Position numbers and translations under genes: made by a program. The notes under the pieces were generated by a model. The model was not told the DNA's origin. It did not search any database and saw only the letters and a program-made list of their open reading frames with translations. Positions 59,265-64,000 of a DNA stretch of 64,000 bases are shown here, piece after piece (the first letter of the stretch is position 1; every line of letters starts with the position of its first letter). The stretch lies in the NCBI GenBank assembly GCA_022703585.1, contig JAKLDJ010000003.1, positions 142,250-206,249 on the forward strand, in the 5' to 3' direction. This DNA comes from Candidatus Omnitrophota bacterium (GTDB lineage Bacteria; Omnitrophota; Gorgyraeia; Zapsychrales; JAKLDJ01).

Positions 59265-59382
59265 AGCCGCGGTTGCGATTTCTCAATCAAATAAATAATT
59301 GAGTGCTTTTTGAAACGATTGGCGCAATGGCGCTGTTTAATAGCGGTATTTTCGGCTGAAAGATTATTGCGGGAGATGGCGC

Positions 59383-60408
59383 GTGTTTGGAGCAAAGAAA
59401 AACATAAAAAAAGGTGAAATATCCCTTGGGGTTGATATTGGCAATTTTTCGGTCAAGGTTGCCCAACTAAGCTCTAAGGACAACAAATTTACTCTCGAAG
59501 GTTTTGGGTATTCCAAGATCAATACGGCTAAAACAGACGGTGTTCTCGAAGCCTTAAAGAGTGCCTGCGCGGAGGCCAAGCTCAGCGAGCGCCGGGCGGT
59601 TGTCGCTGTGCCCTCCCAGGGAGTTATTGTCCGCTATCTTATGCTTCCCACTATGGGTGAAGAAGAATTAAGGAAGGCTATGGAATTCGAGATCGAACGG
59701 TATGTCCCTTTTGATCGCAAAGACGTGGCGAGTGATTATTTAGTGATTAAAGAAAATTCTGATTCACGGAACATGAAAGTTCTTCTGGTTGCTGCCAAGA
59801 AGGAATTTGTGGATTCCCGGGTGAGGGTCCTTAAAGACGCCGGCCTGGAACCGGAGGTTGTTACGATTGACTCGATTATTTTAAAGAATATATTCCAGAT
59901 TAATTATTCCGACAAGAAAGAGAAAACAGTAGGTCTTTTGAATATCGGTTCCAAGATATCCAGCATCAATATTGTCCGGGGCTCTACTTCCTACTTTATG
60001 AGGGATGTGCAGCTGGGGGGCGATAATATCACCCAGCTTCTTAAGGAGAAATTTGATATTGCGCCCGAGGAAGCGGAGAAAATAAAGTGTAATTTGACTC
60101 TCGATGACCGGGAGAAGTTTAAGATTATTGAACCGGTTTTGGGAAATCTTCTTAACGAGGTCTACCTCTCATTTGATTATTACGAGAGCGAGTTTGGGAT
60201 GGTTGTGGATGAGGTCTTAGTCAGCGGAGGTACGGCAAAACTGGCCTGGTTGGCTAATTTCTTAAAAGAGAACCTGAATCGTGAGATTTCGGTCTTAAAT
60301 TCCATCAAAAACGTTACTGTTTCGCCTATTGTTTCTCAACAAAGGCTGGATTTTGTCTTTCCCTCCCTGGCAGTTCCTTTAGGGCTGGCACTGGAAAATT
60401 TTAATTAA
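59383..60408 (+). CDS. pilM: type IV pilus assembly protein PilM (actin-like ATPase fold)
   Basis: GTG start; ISLGVDIGNFSVKVAQL and the remainder of the actin/FtsA fold. Confidence 0.8.
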   Translation: MFGAKKNIKKGEISLGVDIGNFSVKVAQLSSKDNKFTLEGFGYSKINTAKTDGVLEALKSACAEAKLSERRAVVAVPSQGVIVRYLMLPTMGEEELRKAMEFEIERYVPFDRKDVASDYLVIKENSDSRNMKVLLVAAKKEFVDSRVRVLKDAGLEPEVVTIDSIILKNIFQINYSDKKEKTVGLLNIGSKISSINIVRGSTSYFMRDVQLGGDNITQLLKEKFDIAPEEAEKIKCNLTLDDREKFKIIEPVLGNLLNEVYLSFDYYESEFGMVVDEVLVSGGTAKLAWLANFLKENLNREISVLNSIKNVTVSPIVSQQRLDFVFPSLAVPLGLALENFN

Positions 60409-60497
60409 CCAGCGCCGCACGCTCTTAATATCCGACAATTTAAGCAATCCCTTGCCGATCCAAATGTTTTCTCGCTTTACGACCGCGGGGCTATTAT

Positions 60498-60526
60498 TTG
60501 ACAACCGGGTTTCTGTGTGTTATACT
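60498..60526 (+). promoter_or_regulatory. consensus sigma70 promoter (TTGACA-N17-TATACT) driving the riboswitch-containing transcript
   Basis: TTGACA 60498-60503, TATACT 60521-60526. Confidence 0.55.
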
Positions 60527-60577
60527 TTTTGTGATAGTTAATGGTTTGGACAATTTAAGAAGATAGCATCATTGATA

Positions 60578-60680
60578 AGGGCAAACCTCGCGAAAGCGTG
60601 GGGCGCAAAACTCTAGAGCCCACACTCCGCAAAAGGAACAGCGGAACGGGTAGTCAGGTGCCAATGATCCGGTTTGATTG
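60578..60680 (+). promoter_or_regulatory. candidate c-di-GMP-I (GEMM) riboswitch aptamer
   Basis: AAGGGCAAACC-UCGCGAAAGCGUG-GGGCGCAAAAC ... CACUCCGC matches the Vc2 aptamer pattern GGGCAAACC-AUUCGAAAGAGUG-GGACGCAAAGCC ... CACUCCGG. Confidence 0.6.
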
Positions 60681-60689
60681 GATTATAGC

Positions 60690-60721
60690 CTGTTCTCTAG
60701 AGGGGAGAACAGGTTTTTTTA
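60690..60721 (+). terminator. rho-independent terminator, probable expression platform of the riboswitch
   Basis: CCTGTTCTC-tagaggg-GAGAACAGG followed by TTTTTTT. Confidence 0.7.
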
Positions 60722-60731
60722 TTAAAACCGC

Positions 60732-60760
60732 TTGACACAGAAAGGAGGGGTTGATAGTAT
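60732..60760 (+). promoter_or_regulatory. second sigma70 promoter (TTGACA-N17-TAGTAT/TATAAAAT) immediately upstream of pilA
   Basis: TTGACA 60732-60737, TAGTAT 60755-60760. Confidence 0.5.
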
Positions 60761-60925
60761 AAAATTGCAATAAAAGGGATCCGAGCCAAGTAGAAAAACT
60801 CTTTAAAGGATAGGGTTAAGAAAAGAGCGAATCGCTATAATAAATTCGTCATACAGTTTTCTTGACCTTCCGGATGAGAGTATCTGCTGAAAGCTTAATC
60901 ATGATCCGGAAAGGGGGTTTTTAAG

Positions 60926-61333
60926 ATGAATAGAAAAGGTTTTACTCTAGTAGAAATCATGATCGTCGTTGCGATTATCGCTCTGTTAGCGGCGATTGCC
61001 ATTCCTAACTTGCTTCGTGCCAGGCTGTCAGCGAACGATGCCTTAGCTACGAGCACGTTAAGGACCATGTCAACCGCAGCAGAGTCATATGCAACTGTCA
61101 ACCAGGGTAATTATCCTACTGAAGTAACGTCGTTGACTAGCGCAGATCCGAAGTTTTTGAGCAAGAATTACTGCGATTACTCAGCTTCGACTAATCCATA
61201 TGCAGGGTATTATTATACTTGCGAGTTTGGTACGGCTGAGTATACGATTACGGCTACTCCGGTATCTTTCAATAAGACAGGTACAACGGTATACACTGTC
61301 CAGACCGGTGGTGTCTTAACACCGCCCAATTAA
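60926..61333 (+). CDS. pilA: type IV major pilin
   Basis: MNRKGFTLVEIMIVVAIIALLAAIAIPNL class-III signal peptide and hydrophobic alpha1 helix; 135 aa. Confidence 0.85.
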   Translation: MNRKGFTLVEIMIVVAIIALLAAIAIPNLLRARLSANDALATSTLRTMSTAAESYATVNQGNYPTEVTSLTSADPKFLSKNYCDYSASTNPYAGYYYTCEFGTAEYTITATPVSFNKTGTTVYTVQTGGVLTPPN

Positions 61334-61375
61334 GGACGAGTCGTAAGCGTAGGGTAATTGCTGAAGTTTTTGTTA

Positions 61376-61407
61376 AAAGGGGGCTTTCAAAAGCCCCCTT
61401 TTAATTT
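61376..61407 (+). terminator. rho-independent terminator after pilA
   Basis: AAAGGGGGCTTT-ca-AAAGCCCCCTTT followed by TAATTTTT. Confidence 0.7.
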
Positions 61408-61521
61408 TTATTTATTACGAGTAGAAAATAGAAAATAAGAATTATTTTTACAAATTATATGTGGTATTATGAATACGTTTTAAACAATAATATTTATTAT
61501 CTAAAAAGGGCAGGGATTCGT

Positions 61522-61965
61522 ATGATACGGGCTAAAAAAGGATTTACCCTGGTTGAATCAATGGTGGCCGTTTCTATCCTTATTTTTGTGCTGGTAAGTA
61601 TCTTATTCAGCTATGTGGCTTGTTTGTCTCTAAGCGAGATATCAAAGAATGCCTCTATCGCTATGCGTGCTGCCAAAACCAGATTTGAGCAAATAAGAAA
61701 TACGCCCTTTGACCAGATTAAAGCGACTTATAATAACGTGACTTTTACGACGCCGGGATTACACGGTATCGGAGTCAGTTATGTTGATGATTCCAACCAA
61801 GATCTTCTCAGGGTGACGGTTACCTTCTGTTGGCAGCAGCCGAACGGATTACTGATCGGAGAAGATGTTAACTTGAATGGGCAGCTTGATATAGGCGAAG
61901 ACAAAAACGGAAATGGTATTGTCGATTCGCCGGCTGAGTTGGCAAGTTATATTTTTGATCGTTGA
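61522..61965 (+). CDS. minor pilin (prepilin-type N-terminal domain; start taken at ATG 61522) with an Asp/Asn/Gly-rich loop
   Basis: MIRAKKGFTLVESMVAVSILIF; DVNLNGQLDIGEDKNGNGIVD calcium-binding-like stretch. Confidence 0.65.
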   Translation: MIRAKKGFTLVESMVAVSILIFVLVSILFSYVACLSLSEISKNASIAMRAAKTRFEQIRNTPFDQIKATYNNVTFTTPGLHGIGVSYVDDSNQDLLRVTVTFCWQQPNGLLIGEDVNLNGQLDIGEDKNGNGIVDSPAELASYIFDR

Positions 61966-61991
61966 TTGGCGGATTTATAAGGGTGGATAAA

Positions 61992-62654
61992 ATGAATAAT
62001 TTTAAAGATTCTGACTGCAGGGGTTTTACGCTTTTTGAAACATTAGTGTCTGTCTCCATATTCGCTATCGCAGTGACAGGAGTTTTTCTTCTATTATTGG
62101 CGGGACAGTCGACGTTCTTTAATGCGGGGACGAGCATTGAAGCACAGCAAAGTTTACGTATGGCCCTGGTAAAGGTGACGCGGGAATTGCAGGAATCCGG
62201 GATTGACAATAACGGGGTATCGCAAGTAACAATCCTGCAAGGGGCGGGCCCTAATGGCACGGACATCTTGCGATTTTCCATGCCTGTCATTTGCCACAGC
62301 GGCGATAGCGTTATTAACAGCAGCGGAGACGTCGCCCATTGGGGAGCACCTTTGACGTGGGGTTGTACGAGTTCGAGCTGCATGGATGCGGATAATGACT
62401 GCATGACCCTTGATTATAAATACGTTGAGTATTCCAAGAACGCGCAGAATGAATTGATTCGGAAGGTGCTTAATAATGGCGGCGGTACGGTGCGGGAGGA
62501 TCTTGTTGCGCAGGATATTCTTGATTTTCAAGCTGCTAAAAGCACAGATGAGAAGACAGTAACTCTTCAAATGTCGACACAAAAAAAGTCTGTTGTCAAC
62601 AGAGTTGTGGGGGCCTCGACCAGTACGGAAATTTATTTAAGGAATAGGGGGTAG
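61992..62654 (+). CDS. minor pilin, PilW/GspJ-like (start taken at ATG 61992)
   Basis: CRGFTLFETLVSVSIFAIAVTGVF prepilin N-terminus; about 220 aa. Confidence 0.6.
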   Translation: MNNFKDSDCRGFTLFETLVSVSIFAIAVTGVFLLLLAGQSTFFNAGTSIEAQQSLRMALVKVTRELQESGIDNNGVSQVTILQGAGPNGTDILRFSMPVICHSGDSVINSSGDVAHWGAPLTWGCTSSSCMDADNDCMTLDYKYVEYSKNAQNELIRKVLNNGGGTVREDLVAQDILDFQAAKSTDEKTVTLQMSTQKKSVVNRVVGASTSTEIYLRNRG

Positions 62655-62657
62655 GCC

Positions 62658-64000
62658 ATGTTTACCGATATCAGAAATAAATTCATAAGTAACAGGCAAG
62701 GTTCGGTTTTGGCGATTTCGCTCGCCGTGGTCTTTTTTATTGCTGTTTTGGGGAGTATCTTTATTGCTAAAGTTATTTCTGACAAGAGCAGCTCCGATAT
62801 CGAGCGCGTGTCGACCCAGGCTTTTTATTTAGCGGAAGCCGCTAGTCAATCCGGTTTAGAGCAGATTGACACATTGATTAATACGGATATGATGACCGTT
62901 GTTAACGGCACTAATCCTCAGGTATTGGCTAATGATGCGAAAGGCTATGTTAACGATCAGGATGGATTGGGTTTCTTGTGGCAGTATGTAAGGCAGGGTG
63001 GTACCAATTTGCTGACAATTAACCCCGGCCATACCCTGGTTCGCTATGACGGTTCGTCCACGAATTTCGTTAATGGAAGCTATGTTTTTAATATCCTTTT
63101 CACGGAAAAAAGTAATCCTTCGGCGATTGGAACGGACCAATGGGACTTTCCTTATTATTATAGAATCGAAGCGACTGGTGTTGCCGGAGGAATGATATCC
63201 CGCAAAGTTGTTGTAACCGGTGATTTTACGGTGCGGGTACAACGGGATAATTTTGCCAAATTTGCCCTTTTCACGGATCATCACGCAATGCCGAGCGGTA
63301 CTCCCGTATGGTTCACCAACAAGACAAACTTTTCCGGCCCGATACATACGAATGACCAATACAGATTTGCATTAAATCCAAGCGGTACGTTTGACGGTGC
63401 CGTAACTCAACAGAATACTAAGGCGATGTTTTATAATAATAATAATCCCAAGCAAGAGGATGCTGACAGCAATCCTCCGTACGATGTTCCGACGTTTAAT
63501 GCTGGATATACCCGGGGTGCTGCGGAAATTGTTCTGGCATCGGCCGTACAGAAACAGGATATGATTGATCAGGTTCGCGCTGGCGACAATACGCCCGGTT
63601 ACGGCATTTTTGTTGCCAATGACGGAGAAAAATTGCTGGGAGGTATATATGTCTCGGGCAGTGCGACGATCAACATGGGTGTTGATGCTAATCATAACGC
63701 GACCTACACGATTACCCGAGGCACGACGACAAAAGTTATTACGGCGGATATCGCCAATAATCAGACGAGTGTGCACACGGTTGGGGGCGGGACTCAGGTT
63801 TTTAACGGGCTTCCGGACGGCGTCGGCAATGTCGGAACGATTATCTATGTTAACGGCGCAATTAACAGCTTAGAGGGGACGGTGCAAAAAGATACCGAGG
63901 TAACAGTCTCCAGTGAGAATGATATTGTTATTACCGATCATTTAAAGTATGAAGAATACGATGAAGCCGTAGGCACTCCCGGGACTCCCGGCTATATTCC
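62658..64000 (+). CDS. PilX_N-domain large pilus-associated protein, 3' end outside window (absent from the ORF track because it has no in-window stop)
   Basis: Own translation from ATG 62658 has no stop to nt 64000 (447 codons); N-terminus NRQGSVLAISLAVVFFIAVLGSIFIA resembles the PilX N-terminal domain; Asn/Thr/Gly-rich repetitive beta-type body. Confidence 0.55.
   Translation, partial: MFTDIRNKFISNRQGSVLAISLAVVFFIAVLGSIFIAKVISDKSSSDIERVSTQAFYLAEAASQSGLEQIDTLINTDMMTVVNGTNPQVLANDAKGYVNDQDGLGFLWQYVRQGGTNLLTINPGHTLVRYDGSSTNFVNGSYVFNILFTEKSNPSAIGTDQWDFPYYYRIEATGVAGGMISRKVVVTGDFTVRVQRDNFAKFALFTDHHAMPSGTPVWFTNKTNFSGPIHTNDQYRFALNPSGTFDGAVTQQNTKAMFYNNNNPKQEDADSNPPYDVPTFNAGYTRGAAEIVLASAVQKQDMIDQVRAGDNTPGYGIFVANDGEKLLGGIYVSGSATINMGVDANHNATYTITRGTTTKVITADIANNQTSVHTVGGGTQVFNGLPDGVGNVGTIIYVNGAINSLEGTVQKDTEVTVSSENDIVITDHLKYEEYDEAVGTPGTPGYI

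Overview
Bacterial chromosomal segment of about 46% GC, gene-dense and mostly on the + strand, with no transposases, integrases or CRISPR arrays. The gene content (Lgt/LspA, a PilQ secretin, Bcd/EtfAB) suggests a diderm anaerobe, possibly an uncultivated lineage. From the 5' end:

- **1-16200:** a 5'-truncated TPR protein, glgC, a minus-strand bcd-etfB-etfA cluster (EtfA fused to a 2x[4Fe-4S] ferredoxin domain), a small excisionase-family HTH protein, acpP, smc, a GAF-GGDEF cyclase, cvpA, a Nif3-like protein and dnaG-rpoD.
- **16300-18543:** a tRNA cluster (tRNA-Met(CAU), an intact tRNA-Val(CAC) and an unusual three-piece tRNA-Val(UAC)), a COG1579 zinc-ribbon protein, rnhA, and an RNase P RNA whose 5' end overlaps the rnhA 3' end.
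- **18637-46220:** yebC, ruvC-ruvA-scpB, an aromatic amino-acid cluster (pheA, hisC-family, DAHP synthase, tyrA), cmk, lepA, lepB, pgsA, plsY, a roughly 1.1 kb apparently non-coding gap with a strong terminator, yggS, proC, mtnP, ileS, a DksA-like protein, lspA, lgt, rluD, aroA and mreBCD-mrdA-rodA.
- **46417-64000:** a large type IV pilus locus: a degenerate-GGDEF HAMP-GAF protein, two tandem [standalone GspE-N/MshEN-like protein + PilB-family ATPase] modules, pilC, a minor pilin, pilN/O/P/Q, a coiled-coil/TPR protein, pilM, a candidate c-di-GMP-I riboswitch with its own promoter and terminator immediately upstream of pilA, two minor pilins and a PilX_N-domain protein that runs off the window.

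The most unusual items are the interrupted tRNA-Val, the c-di-GMP wiring of the pilus locus, and the rnhA/rnpB overlap.
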